Below, piece after piece: positions 37,321-49,824 of a stretch of DNA of 64,000 nucleotides. The notes below the pieces were generated by a model. That model worked only from the letters and a program-made list of their open reading frames with translations, searched no databases and had not been told where the DNA came from. Location: the NCBI GenBank assembly GCA_010015585.1, contig ML975158.1; one strand, given 5' to 3'. The translations under genes were made by a program, and so were the position numbers. Each line of letters opens with the position of its first letter. The stretch's first letter is position 1. Source of the DNA: Eremomyces bilateralis CBS 781.70 (taxonomy: Eukaryota).

Positions 37321-38828
37321 CTTGGTGATGGATGCGTATGGTTTTCGCTAGTACTGCGATGATGCACACCAGGCAAGCTGGGTCGAGGTACGGTGGATTC
37401 GTCAACCAAACCTCGATCAGAAGATCACCAAGCGAGACTATGGACGAGAATGGGTTCGAGAGAATACTGCAGGAGGGAAATGCCGTGCGATGATCGGAAG
37501 CTTATGTGGATTTGGTGCCGACGTGATGCTCTGCTAATGTCTTGCAGTCACAGGGCTGCGTCGATTTGGATGCAGCACGACATGCAGGCACCCGGATCAG
37601 ATGTGTTTGTCGTGAGGTCGGCAGCGTTTCAGATGGGCTAACTGCCGGTACGGGGATGGACAGTAGTGTTAGTTCCTGGGGTGAGGACTTAATAGTGCCG
37701 TCGTCCTGTCGCAAGGATGAATTAGGGGAGACGGCAGGTGACGAACCGTGCGGATCGGACTTCCAACTTCTTCTCAAAGAATGCAGAAGTGCAGAACAAA
37801 GGCTTCGAATTCTGTGCTCCAGGAGAGTCTGATAAAAAAGACTCAAAGGTCACGTTGTACCATCGTTGCACAATTGAAACCACGCATCCAAGAAGACAGC
37901 CGACAGGATGATGAATTAACCACTTCAGAAAGCACATGGACATCAGCAGCACTATTTCATCTATCCTTCGCGAATTAATTAAATCTCTCTACTTTCCAAT
38001 TCTTGGCCCTCTCTATCCTCAACATACAGCCCAACAAGACTTCGGACCGTACCATCTGGACTCCGGCTACTATGCGCGAATTGGATTTGGTCGAGATTAG
38101 CTCGACCTTGGCTGGCGCATGGCGTGGATGGGTTTCGGCTTAATTGGACGACGATGCCCTATCGATCGACAGGATTCCGAGTCCATATGAGCGGGGTATT
38201 AATACAATTTGTGCATCGATTCTGCATTTTGGGTATCGATCTTTTCAACCCTCCGAGGAGGTCGCCATTCGCCCATATCGACTGGACAAGGTTAGCCCGA
38301 GGATTTGGCCGAATAGAGGCAGAAGTTGGCATGAATCCCATCCGTTGAGATCTAAAGTTGAAAATGTTTAAGTGAGTATGGTTTGAAGTGGTCTTTCATT
38401 TATGTTCTGGTTTGCGGCTGAAGTTTCGTCCCGATTTGGTACTGAAACGGTAAGGACCATCTCCTTATAGTCGTCCTACACAAGCAAATGATCTTCTCAA
38501 GGGGTACGCTTTTGATTATACTCATTGTCGACTTAATTACTATACATGTCCGAAGGGCGAAGCAAACGGCGTATAATACACCAGGCACTATCCGATCTGC
38601 TGCAAGGCTTGCTAGATACGTCCGACCGTTGCCTTTTCCCCAAACTCATCCCTAAACTCATTCCAAACCCATCCTGACCAACGCCAATATTTACCTTCCC
38701 CCCAATCCATTATGTTCTCAGGTACCGTCATCATCCAAGTGAGGGACAGGCCACCAAACCTGTGAGGCCCGCATCCACATTCTAAACATATCCGTCATTA
38801 CACGGTGTTAATCAGCTGGCCTCATGAT

Positions 38829-39443
38829 CTACACCTGGCTCATCGACGGCCCACCTCGACGGGAACTCGGACCTCGGAGATTGGCGGAGCCACGGCCGGA
38901 CATGAAGGAGAAGAAGATGGAGGCCGCCCAGCAGGCGAATCCGAACCACAGGAATGCGGTGGATGCCTGGCCCTCGCGGCAGACCTTCTCGGAGCCGACG
39001 GAGACAGAGTTGTGGTCCAGGTAATGCTAGATGATGTTAGGTCCGGGAGGTAATGCGATCACACGGAAAGAGAATGGTCTCACCCTATCGGAACAGCTGT
39101 GGACCCTCAGATACGACGCGGTGGCCACGCCGCCGCAGAAGAAGAAGATAGTGTTGAGGACGTCCAGGACGATGTTCAGGGCAGGATGCACTGTGAGGTT
39201 TTCTTTGATCGCCGATGGAATGAGGTAGAGGAGCGACAGCATGGCGAAGGCGGCCACGAACATGTCGTAGTTGACAACTGAATGGTTGCCCTTGTGGGCC
39301 AACATGTTACCGATTAGAGACATGATGAGGATCGTCCAGAGGAACTGCGAGCTGTTAGCGTCTTTCACGAGGTGTTGTCCGGATGAAGTATGATTTGCAC
39401 ATCTTACCTGGAGTCCTCGGAGAATGGTTTGAACCAAATTCAT
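38829..39443 (-). CDS. NCE102: MARVEL-domain eisosome protein Nce102-like
   Basis: LRGLQ|FLW, VNYDMF, RVHSCS, CREGQASTAFLWFGF and a PSMSQV* end. Two introns. Confidence 0.88.
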
Positions 39444-40654
39444 GGTGCGTCAGTGGATGGATATGTTTTCCGTGATGGATGCTAGGTTGAGCGGGGTTGA
39501 TGGAAAGTTGGAAAGCTTCAGGTGTCAGTCGTTGTGCACGAAGTGTGAACAACTTGCGAGAGAATTATTTGTTGATGAGATGAAGCAAGACTGCAGATGT
39601 TGATCTCAATAAAAAGCTGTGTGCGGGAGGGATGATGAACGGGCAGAACGGCGCATGGCGGATGTTTGATTCATCGATTGTGTCTTGCTGATGTCTTTTC
39701 CTAGAGACGATGATGACGTTACGGCGTCAGGGCGTCGCGCCAGCAACGCCCCTCCACACGCAATCACGCCCTCATTCGCTCCTTCCTCCCCAGTCCCACC
39801 CCACATCCCTACTGACTCAGCCCGACTCCTCATCACTTCTACGCAACCGCAATTGCTGCAATTGATGCAATGGGTGCTCGTCCCGGTGAGTTCTCGCGTA
39901 GTGTGATCATTTCGAATGTATATCACGGGAACTGCAACGAAAATCACACCAGACGAAAAGTCAGGTATATGAGGGATTATGTGTCGTCCATTCTTCCGAT
40001 CTAAGCGTCATTATTGTCCAGATACCATCGTCGTGTTCGCGTCACTGCATCAGTACCTATCCGTTGGACCGTTCTCAGGAGGGTGACGCTCGTGACATGT
40101 GCGTCCCTATTATGGTGCCTTTGGGCATGAGCTATCTGTCAAAAAGACTCAAAAGGCTGTTTCAGCCTTAAACTGAGGTGAAAGTTGAAGGCCAGTAGCA
40201 GAGAGCAGGAGTGGACAAATGAAACGCATCCTCCACAATTCGCTGCGGTAGCTATGTCTGAGCCTCATCGTTCACGCAGCAACCTTGTAGTCTGGAGTCT
40301 GGATAGCCAACAGGATATCAGCCACGCAGAAGGGACAGGTCGCTCGCTTCTCTTCCTTGCTTCTACTTTTCTTGTACTTATACCTTGTAGAGGGACAGTC
40401 AAATACTCAAATGCCAATGAAGGCTAACCAGGGTGCGGCAGCTATCATGCACTGATAAAGCTCCTTCGGTTGGTCCCGCCAGTAGCCGCAAGGTACGCCG
40501 CATCGGGAATAAGCATATCCCATGGTATACGTCAAATACGAGGCGTCGCAAGCCATTACTAAGCGATGCTGACGCTTGTGAAAATGCATCGCGCAACAGC
40601 TGAGAGATATCTAATAAATGGATATCTTCATTGAGAGATGGGAAAGTGGATGAG

Positions 40655-42040
40655 ATGTCACGATTTGATCAAGAAGAGATGGACGATCCCAACTTTTGGC
40701 TGGTTTCCGGCGATATCCCGTCACGAACAGTATCCCCGGGATCCGGCAGCTCGTTGGACCATGCGAAACCGCGTCGCCGACCGATCCCGCGGAAAGGCCA
40801 TACCAAGTCGCGAAAAGGATGCTACAGTTGCAAGAAACGGAAGATCAAATGCCAAGAGGGCGTCCCGGAATGCTACCATTGCGCGAAAGCCGGACTCGTC
40901 TGCGTCTACCCGGTGACAGAGAAGACATTGGCGTTGGCGGTCCCGCGACCAGGATTGCAGTCGACGCCCACGACCTTCACGATGCAGGACTTGCGGTACT
41001 TTCACCACTTTCTGGTAGGCGCGTACCCGCACCTGCCGGTCAAGGGGGATGATATATGGAAGAATCGGGTCGCGCAGATTTCTCACAGCGTTAGGACATT
41101 CGAGGACATCCTGGATACATTGAACTGATCCTTGGTAGTACGACTTCCTCATGCATTCCATGCTGGCGTTGGCAGCGTCGCATCTCAGCCTGTTCGGCGA
41201 CGAAGACCGTGGCTCGGCCGCGCTCTCCCATCGTGTCGCGGCCATCAACTCGCTCAATGCGTCGCTCTCCCAACCATGCCAGGACGGGGCCGAGAGCGAT
41301 GCGCGGTTCGCGACGATCATGGCGTTGACCTTCCAATCTAGGTATATACCGGATGGCATGAAAGACTTCTTGACAATGATCCGGGGCTGTACGGTAGTGG
41401 CGCAGACGGCGATGCTACCCTTTGAAGAGTCCTCCTTCGGCTCGTTTACTCATGAAGGACATGTCTCCACCATAGCGAGCCTGATTCAAATGGATATTGT
41501 TGTGTCTTTGGACGGTGACGGCTGGAAGAATGCAATAGATTCATTGCGCGACCTTAGACCGCTTGTTCAGACACCTTTTGAGCAGCAATATCTTGCAGCC
41601 TTGGAGAATGCCCTGCAACTAGCGAAGACGGCGCCTATTGACGGTAAGTGTTGTATCTCTCACATTCAACATCCATACCCCCGTTTCTGACATATATAGC
41701 CTACACAACGTTTACCATGTTGTACGTGTCCCCCGCCGACATCTCCCACGAGGAATTCCTTCGGTTCCTGGAACCGCAAAACACCACGGGCCAGCTGCTC
41801 CTTGCGCACTTCTTCGCGCTGGAGATCCTGCTAGGTCCGATCTTATGGTTTGAACTGCAGCACCGGAACGAGATGTTGTCGGTGCTGCGCCAGATCTCCT
41901 TCCATTGGGTCGAGAAGATGTGCGTGGGTCTACCGGAATCGCATCAATCGTTCGCGCGGTGGCCGTTGGAGTATAGTATAATGTGGCGGAGATCGCTAGT
42001 GTCTAACAAGTCGAGTTTTATTGAAGTTGTTGACTCTTAA
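40655..42040 (+). CDS. Zn2Cys6 transcription factor (Upc2-like N-terminus)
   Basis: PRKGHTKSRKGCYSCKKRKIKCQE..PEC..C......C, DLRYFHHF and LMHSMLALAASHL. Two introns; the start codon is uncertain. Confidence 0.9.
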
Positions 42041-42151
42041 TCTCGTTCTATACTCATGCCTCTTGTGTCTATTCCAGTTGGCTTCCCACGATGTCTCTCT
42101 CCCATACAATTTCGTCCCTTTCCAAATGTCGCCTCATTACCATGTCGCCTT

Positions 42152-43144
42152 TCACACTTCAAGCACCCCCCCATCCTGTCTCCGCTCCGAGCTAGCCGAC
42201 GAATCCTGCTCCCTCTTCGCAGCGAGTTCCACATGCTGCATCCCCCCGCGGCGACCCAGGAATCGACTGGGATGATACAGGCAGAAGATAGAAATGGCGA
42301 TGAGCATGGGGATAGCCTCGAAGACCCAGAAGATCCATTCATGCGTGAAGGCGTACCCGTGGATGCCCTGGGCGAACTCGATGACGCGATAAACCGAGCG
42401 GACCTAGCGAGCGAGGTCAGAGCGAGGAAACAGAGCCAAGGTGGTGTACTTACCAAGATCAGCGACGACGAAACATACACCGCCAGAATCACCTTCCGCC
42501 AACCTGCTGGCGTGTCCTCGACCTCCATCCGATTCGCTAACCAATGGAACCGGCTGAAGATGCACATATACACGGTAAACGTTGCCACCTGCAGACTCAG
42601 TCCCCCAATGAGCACGTTCGTGCCCGTCTCCACGGTACTCCCCTCCCAGTCATTCGAGCTCGCGATCCCGGACCCGGACGCCTGGATCAAGCACGAAAGT
42701 ACGTCGAAGGCGACGAAGATCCTTGTCAGCAGGCGTGCGGGGACGCGGAAGATCCGGTGGTGGGTTGGGGGCAGCACGGCGCGGATGAGGCGGCCGATCA
42801 GGAGATAGTTCCCCGCGGCAATGAAGACGGGTGCGATGACGATGAAGGTGGATTGGATGGCGAAGGGGGCCTGGGGGGTGAAGAGGTGGTTAGACTCGTG
42901 TGGGGGTTGGTGGAGGGTAGGGAGAACTCACTACTTCGTATTGGAATTTAGCAGAGTAGCTACGGGCGGCGTAGCCGGCGACTTCCATGGCGGCGCCGAA
43001 GACGACGCAGGTGAAGAACCAGGCGCGGTACTGGATTATGGTTTGGTAGAAGATGATGAGGAAGGGGATGGCATAGACGATGGCTCCGATGATGGATAAG
43101 GGGAAGGAGGGGGAGGAGAGCCAGACGCGCTCTTCTTGGGCCAT
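42152..43144 (-). CDS. RTA1-like (lipid-translocating exporter family) membrane protein
   Basis: MEVAGYAAR, APVFIAAGNY, FVAFDVLSCLIQASG, RSVYRVIEF and HEWIFWVFEAIPM. Two introns. Confidence 0.9.
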
Positions 43145-43963
43145 GGTGGAATTGGTTCGTGGTCAGGGGCAACTGTATGAACAAGATGTGTTGCAGTATG
43201 TTTCACTACACGTTCTCTAGAGGGAGTTGAAGACTTCATTGTGCCAGTTGGAGGATCCATCTCTTATATAGACATTGTTACACTGCTTGAAGCACCTCTC
43301 GTCGGTCTTGAACCATAAACACCGAAAACAACGAATCCGAAAATGCGAAAATGCGAAACGCAATGCTGACGCGTCTTCATTATACATTCAATCTTCATTC
43401 TATCCACTATTCAGGCTCGCATATTCTTAAATAGGGGTCGGTCAGGCTAAGCCCCCAAACCGAAGAATGCGAGGCGGAATTGTCGTGGTATGGAGACGAA
43501 TTCGGCACGGCGATTGGCTAATGGTCGATGTCGGATTGCTCGCATTCGTGCGGTATAGATGATAAAACATGGACGATCCCGTTAGCTCGAGGTTGATTTA
43601 CTTGATTGGTAGAATGCTGAAGATGGCCAGATGGGTCAGCAAGAGACAGCCTCAAGTCCTCCCTAAGTATTATTATGATGCAGACAGACGAGCAGACCGC
43701 AAGTTGCCAGTTGGAGAAAGGGGAGAATCGAGCCTCAAGGTCCAAGCTCGTTGTAGCAAATGGACACTTGGACAGGACAATTGGACATTGGACATTATTG
43801 GACCCTTGCAGTGTTCGGTCCAATGCCGAGTTTGACCTCAACTTTTCTCGACTGCAGTTCATACAATTCATTTTCCATGTATCCCGACACCGAGGCCGCT
43901 CATTTCTCTCTTTAATTACCTCTTTGGTTGGTGAGAAGTTTACTGAGGGGATATTAGCCCACG

Positions 43964-45288
43964 ATGAGGCTCTCAAATTCAATATTGCGGCAGTCAAGAG
44001 TGCTGCCGTCGAAGTTATATGCGCAACGAACCTTTTCGACCAGCCCCCAATGGCTGCAACGTACGAGCACCCAGTTCTAGGAAGAATGATTCCGCTTCAA
44101 TGGCTAACATTTGAGATCTAGGAACTCTCCCGGTCTTCGAAGAGTCATCATCACCGGAACTCCATAACCTCCTCCAACTCGCTCGGGAGAAGATCATCCC
44201 CATCGCGGCCCTGAATATGGACCAAAAGAAATACCTCTTCTCGCCCCGGAACAAAACCACTCTCGAGAGCGATCCGCTATACATTGAATTTGCCAACGAT
44301 GAAGCGGTCCAATTAGGATACACCAACCCTCTCACCGACCTCCCGGGCAAGTTTCGCCTGTTCAACGAAGCGACGGATCTAGCTACGACGAAAGAAGACT
44401 GGCAGAATGTGTCCAGGCTGCTCAAGGGGATCGCACAAGGGGAGCGCCTCCAGGCCAAGCTCCAGGAGCGGTACATCCGACTAGGCATCCAAGCCGGCCA
44501 TCCATCCATCGTCCTAGGCACCGTGGAGGCGGTCGAGGGCTCGAAAGTGTCGTTGAAAGTCGGGGAGAACCTTCTCTACCTGCTCGAAGGGTTGCGGAAG
44601 TACGGGTTCTGGTCGGCGGAGGATCCGGAGGAGGCGTCGGCATGGCTCGTGGGCGCATACACGCGGGTGATCACCATGATGGAACATCGGAAGCATTGTG
44701 GAGCGAAGAATATTGCGAAGGACGATTTGCGGCGGCAACCGTGGGTGTTGGCCCCGTTGGTAGAGATCCTGGGTCTCCGACTCAAAGCAGGATGGGACAG
44801 TGCTGAGAAGAGCGCGTTTGGGTTGTATGCGGCTAGGCTGGTCGATATGTTGGATGTGGAAGCGATTGAGAATGCCAGCAGCTTGCCGGTATGTCACCAC
44901 ACTTATCGTTTGATCACTGCTAACAAGGTCCCTACAGGATATTGATCTCTCCATTCCGAAGAACCGAGCTGTTGCAAAGCGGCTATTACTCCGCTGGGAG
45001 CCCGTCTACTCGGCTTTGGAGCTGATCCAAGAATTTCAACCACAAGGCGTTCAATTAGAATCCGTCCCACTTTCGCGCCTCATCGAGAGCCTCTCCACGA
45101 ATCTCGACAGGACACTTGCCCGTAGCAAGGAGGTTGCCTCGCGAACCGTCGAGCGCGATCCACCTGCGTCATGGTTGAGCCCTGAAGTGGTTCGATGGAC
45201 TCGATATACTACGCTTGGTCGAAATATTAGTGACGCAGAAATGCCGACCACCGCAGCGCGAGACTCGGTTCTCGGTTTCTCCGAATAA
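43964..45288 (+). CDS. Hypothetical protein with probable mitochondrial presequence
   Basis: MRLSNSILRQSRVLPSKLYAQRTFSTS is Arg/Ser-rich with an RTFS motif. Introns join it to ORFs 44217-44945 and 45016-45288. Confidence 0.72.
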
Positions 45289-45691
45289 AGGGAAGGAGTG
45301 GAATCTGCCAAGGAGGCGTCCGGAACGCTCTTGCCGAAACAATTCCAATCCGAATCCATCGGCAGGTGCGAAGCGGACCGGCAGTGCGACCTGTAACACG
45401 ACCCTCCCCCTCTTTCTGCTTGTTTTCACGATTATCCCTTGAACGGTTTCATAAATCACTCGAATCTCACATCCCCCATATTCAACCGGATCGATGTATT
45501 ACATTGACCAATACCCCCACTCTCCCTTGACGAACATTTCTTATCCAACCTAGCTAGCAGGCATTGGCGGCCACGACTCCCAACTGATCGTGCACAATGT
45601 GCAGCTTACACGACTATAACGGAACACGACCGCCGAAGCCGTCGCTGTTCACCTATCTCCTCTCACCTTCCCCTGAAACGAACACTCGACT

Positions 45692-47209
45692 ATGGCAGAC
45701 TTCGGTCCCACGGGGATCGGCTCGACCAACATCGGTCCGTACCCTTTTGCGTTTTCTACTGGCCGGCACACGTCCGAGCCGTTCGCTGGCCAGCTTCGAC
45801 GGCGCCATCGCACGGAGGTTCCACACGATTTTTATACCGGGCGCAGAATCGGGGCGTTCAATGCGCGACGATACCGCACCGAGCCGTGGCACGCCGACAC
45901 CACGCCCCCGAGCAGGCCAGCCATCACCCCCAACTTTCCTGCACATCGCAGCACAAGCACCGTTATCCGAGGCGCACAGCCTGTTCGAAGAAGAATTGGA
46001 ACTCATCATCTGGATGACAGACCTGAGACAAATTTACTTGGTCCAACTCTGTTTCGTGAACGACTTTTCACCGATACCACAGAGGAATCTTACCCGACCC
46101 TTACCAATGGCCTTCGTAATCGACGGTTGTACTACTCCGAACCCTCTCCTCGCGACCGTACTCACCGCAACGGGCCAATAACCACTGGTTTCCGACGTCC
46201 ATACCACTCCGAAGAACTACCATGCCAATGCGCCCCTCTCATTGACCATGATCCAAGCGACACATCTTCGGCCGGAATCCCGATATCCTGCTCGTTCTGC
46301 GGCGCCCCTTTCAGTCCCGTCACCTCGTTGGGGCCACCCGGCTTCTGCAACACTTGCGCATTCCCATCGCCACCGACCCGCCCACCTAAAGGCGCGAAGA
46401 TTGCACGAATGCTTCCGGAACGGTTACGCGCGTGGCAGCAACTCATCCTGATATTCATATGGTGCCTGTTAATGTGCACGATGGAGTGGGTGACCAGAAA
46501 AGACGGGCAGCCCGGAACGCCACCTGTGCTGGTTTCCCTGTCTCCGCGGACCCGGGCGATGGGCTTCACCCTGGTGTCTCTCATGATCCTCAAGAGCTAC
46601 GATATCATCGTCGAGACACCACCGGCTGTCACCCTGCGCCAGTACACGTTGGGAGCGATGGTCATCTCCCGCACGGTTCGGACGCTGCTGATCGGGATAC
46701 AGATCCTGTACGTCGCATTCTTCACGTACATGGTGATCTGGCTGGTGGAGGTCCGACGGGAGAAGGGCACGTTTGCAGAGGTGGTGTCGACGTTCATGCT
46801 GCAGGTGGTCTTGGATTTCGAGCCGCGGCGCGTGGTCGATCTGTACCTGTACGTCATCTTGGGCGTGCTGAACGCGCTCGTCACCAACTCGTTCTTTGCT
46901 CTTGTCATGGCGGTGGTGATGGCGTGGGATGCCACGCCTCGTTGGGTGGGTGGGAGCGTCCTCGTGCTTTTACGGCGACGGGTTGGGTTTCGGATCGTGG
47001 CGATTGCGCATTCCGTGGCGGGGTGGGTGTGGTTCCTTCTCATGTATGTCCTCTTCACCATGTTGATCATTTTGGATGTTCTGAGCCTGGGGGTGGAGTT
47101 TTGGCACCTTCGGTACGATTGGTATCAGCATGTAACACCATGGGGTATTGCGGGTGGGACGGAAATAGACCCGATAATCCCCGCCGCACCAGCGATGGTG
47201 ATGGTTTAA
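45692..47209 (+). CDS. Hypothetical multi-pass membrane protein (505 aa)
   Basis: Long ATG-initiated ORF with an Arg/Pro-rich N-terminus, CSFC...CNTC and about 5 hydrophobic segments in the C-terminal half. Confidence 0.65.
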   Translation: MADFGPTGIGSTNIGPYPFAFSTGRHTSEPFAGQLRRRHRTEVPHDFYTGRRIGAFNARRYRTEPWHADTTPPSRPAITPNFPAHRSTSTVIRGAQPVRRRIGTHHLDDRPETNLLGPTLFRERLFTDTTEESYPTLTNGLRNRRLYYSEPSPRDRTHRNGPITTGFRRPYHSEELPCQCAPLIDHDPSDTSSAGIPISCSFCGAPFSPVTSLGPPGFCNTCAFPSPPTRPPKGAKIARMLPERLRAWQQLILIFIWCLLMCTMEWVTRKDGQPGTPPVLVSLSPRTRAMGFTLVSLMILKSYDIIVETPPAVTLRQYTLGAMVISRTVRTLLIGIQILYVAFFTYMVIWLVEVRREKGTFAEVVSTFMLQVVLDFEPRRVVDLYLYVILGVLNALVTNSFFALVMAVVMAWDATPRWVGGSVLVLLRRRVGFRIVAIAHSVAGWVWFLLMYVLFTMLIILDVLSLGVEFWHLRYDWYQHVTPWGIAGGTEIDPIIPAAPAMVMV

Positions 47210-47250
47210 TCATATGTACAGTATCTGCATTTCGGGTGTGATTGTGCGTG

Positions 47251-48529
47251 CTACATCCAGGAAATGTCGGATCCTTCGTCTTGGCTGTCGGGGATGACCA
47301 TTGCATCATTGAGCTTTGCTTTCGGTGGGGTGTGGGTATCGGTCCGCGGTAGAGGCGAGGACTGCAAGTCCTCAATATCCAGGAACCCATCATCGTTCGC
47401 CTCTGCGGCCAGATTTGACTGCATTTCCTGAATCCCTTCCATGTCGTCCTCACTGTCCTCCTCGACATCCACCAGACCCACCGATTCCGCGCCCACCAAC
47501 GCCGATTCACCCCCTTTCCACTTCTTCCCCCTCCCCCTCCCCCTCACCGCCGTCTCCCCACCCCTCCTCACGCTCAACCCCCTCACCACCTCTTCCCAAT
47601 CCATCCCCTCCCCACACCCCAAACACTCCCCCCACCGCGGCACCACCTCACCCCCCTCCCCCCTCCTCTCCCCTTCCTCCAAAAACCGCCTTCCTAAACA
47701 CCCCACACACGCCACCATCGTGCACTCCCCTCGCGGACACCCCACCGCATCGTGATCTTTCGCGTTGATCTCCCGCGCACACACCGCGCACCGCGTCCCG
47801 GGCGTTGAAATGCGCTGTGTTGTCTTCTCCACCGCTGGCGCTAGCGGCGCGAGGCTGAGATCCCACTTGTCTATCGGCCCGACGAGATGCGTCTTCTCCA
47901 CGACCTCGACGCCGACATCCCATCCGGCACCCGTGGCCCCTCCGCCAGTCGGCACGCGCCTGTCACGCGCGAACACCTCCCAGGCATACTGCTGATGCTT
48001 CCCGAGGCGTTTGCGGGCGATGGAGGCCCATTGGGTGGTGAGGAGGGGGGTCTGGGGCCGGACCACGAGGGGCCAGCGGCGGAAGGCGGGGGCGTGGAGG
48101 AGGAGGCGGAGGTCGTGGAGGTAGGATGGGAGGGAGAAGGAGGTGCGGGGTTTGGGTTTGGGATGTTTGCCGGGGGGAGGGGGGGGAGTGGGGAGGTGAG
48201 GAAGGAGGCGGGTGAGGAGGGGGTGTTGCCAGGCCCATCTGGGGGGTTTAGTTGGGGTGGGGAAAAAGAAGGGGGGGGGAAACTCACTCGAATTGGAGGG
48301 CGGCGTGTTTGGAGGGGAAGCCAGTGACGAGGAGGACCATTTCCCAGGGACGGTTTTTGTCGGACTTGGTCCTTTCGGCGCCGCCTTCGCCGTTGTGTTG
48401 GTCGGTACGGCGTCGGGGATGGGGGGTCGAGCCGACGTATAATAGATTGGACATAGTGGATTGAAGGAGATAGCAGCAGTAGAAGGGGACTATGGGGTTT
48501 TGGACTTTCGAGACATTCATGGCCGGCAT
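47251..48529 (-). CDS. SLX1: Structure-specific endonuclease subunit Slx1 (GIY-YIG plus RING/PHD-like)
   Basis: [27 protein letters not shown] and ALQFE|WAWQH, with a C-terminal Cys cluster. One intron. Confidence 0.92.
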
Positions 48530-49824
48530 GATGGGCTGTTTTGAGGGGTTGTTTACACGAGTTGGGAAGGTTGGCAAACCAACCATACTCTGGATTGATT
48601 CCAGTAATTTCTTATCCAGAAATTCAACCTGGACTTTAAATGCAAGGCCGCTCGTCTGTTCTATTGCAGTTCTCTGGGATATGATGGATGGTTGATGATG
48701 CTATTGTTAATGCTATTCATTGGGATATCGAGGACACCAGCCTATGTAGGGCAGCGACGGGGATGGACGTTATGAAGCGCGTCTGACGACATGAAACTTC
48801 CTTCGTTCCGCAGCAGGGGGTGGGTGTTCCGATCGGTAGTTTCGTATGGAATGTTCATTGGCTTTTGATCGATCATCCACTAGTTAGCCCGGAAGTCTCT
48901 TTATATTGGACAAGTTCGGTCCCGGGGAAGGTGAAGTTTGGAAGGTCGGACAATGCGGGCACAAGGGACACACGGAAAACTGAAGGGGATATCCTGATGT
49001 CTGTACCCCTGGCCATTACCTGCTCTTATGAAACATATACGCTGACAATCAATAATCTTCCCCTGTTCCGGACAATATTAATATCCGATTACAGGTGATG
49101 GATGAAATGAAGCCTGGGTCTCATATCAGCCGTGGTCACGTGGACAGGATGTGCATTTGTTTCAGCACATGACTTTAACCAGGACCTGGCATCTTTGATA
49201 GACAATGATTGGTTGAATTTATGATCAAGGTGCTTACTTAGCCAGTTTTCATGGATCTTATAGCCAATAATACTTAAGTAGTGACCGAAAGAAGCCAAGT
49301 GGTATTCCAGCAACACCACCGCTTTCACCACCACTTTCAGTTCACCACCCGCAGCCCATCCTTTACATCTTCTCCTCCACTCTTTTCCACTCCAATCCAA
49401 CCGAATATATACCCTCGTATTCCCCTCCGTCCCTTTCTCTCCATTGCTCCTATACTGTTCACCTTGTCATGCTTTCCTCCACTTTCATTCACTTCTCTCC
49501 TTCCGCTGCATGTCCTTTCCTCGACGTCGGTTCATTCTTGGTTCGTCCTTGATAGTCCGACCTGCATCAAGTTCCTAGGTACTCCGTACCATACCCTGAC
49601 ATCCATACGGATGATTGACTGAAGCCACCACCCATCATCCCCCATTTTCATCCACTTCACATGGGCCACTCCGTCTCGAGTATTCAGCTTCAGCCCACCT
49701 CTTTCGCTTCTCCACCTATCGTCCATCTCACCCATCTCGATATCGGCTCCTCCGCGCATTCGAGCGCATCGTGGACCCTCGACACTCGACCTCCCCACAC
49801 TCTCGACTTCGTCCATCCGCTTGC

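Noticed and set aside
38638..38675. Telomere-like repeat (CCCAAACTCAT/CCTAAACTCAT)
   Set aside because: Three degenerate 12-bp units in a 3' flank, not a TTAGGG array.
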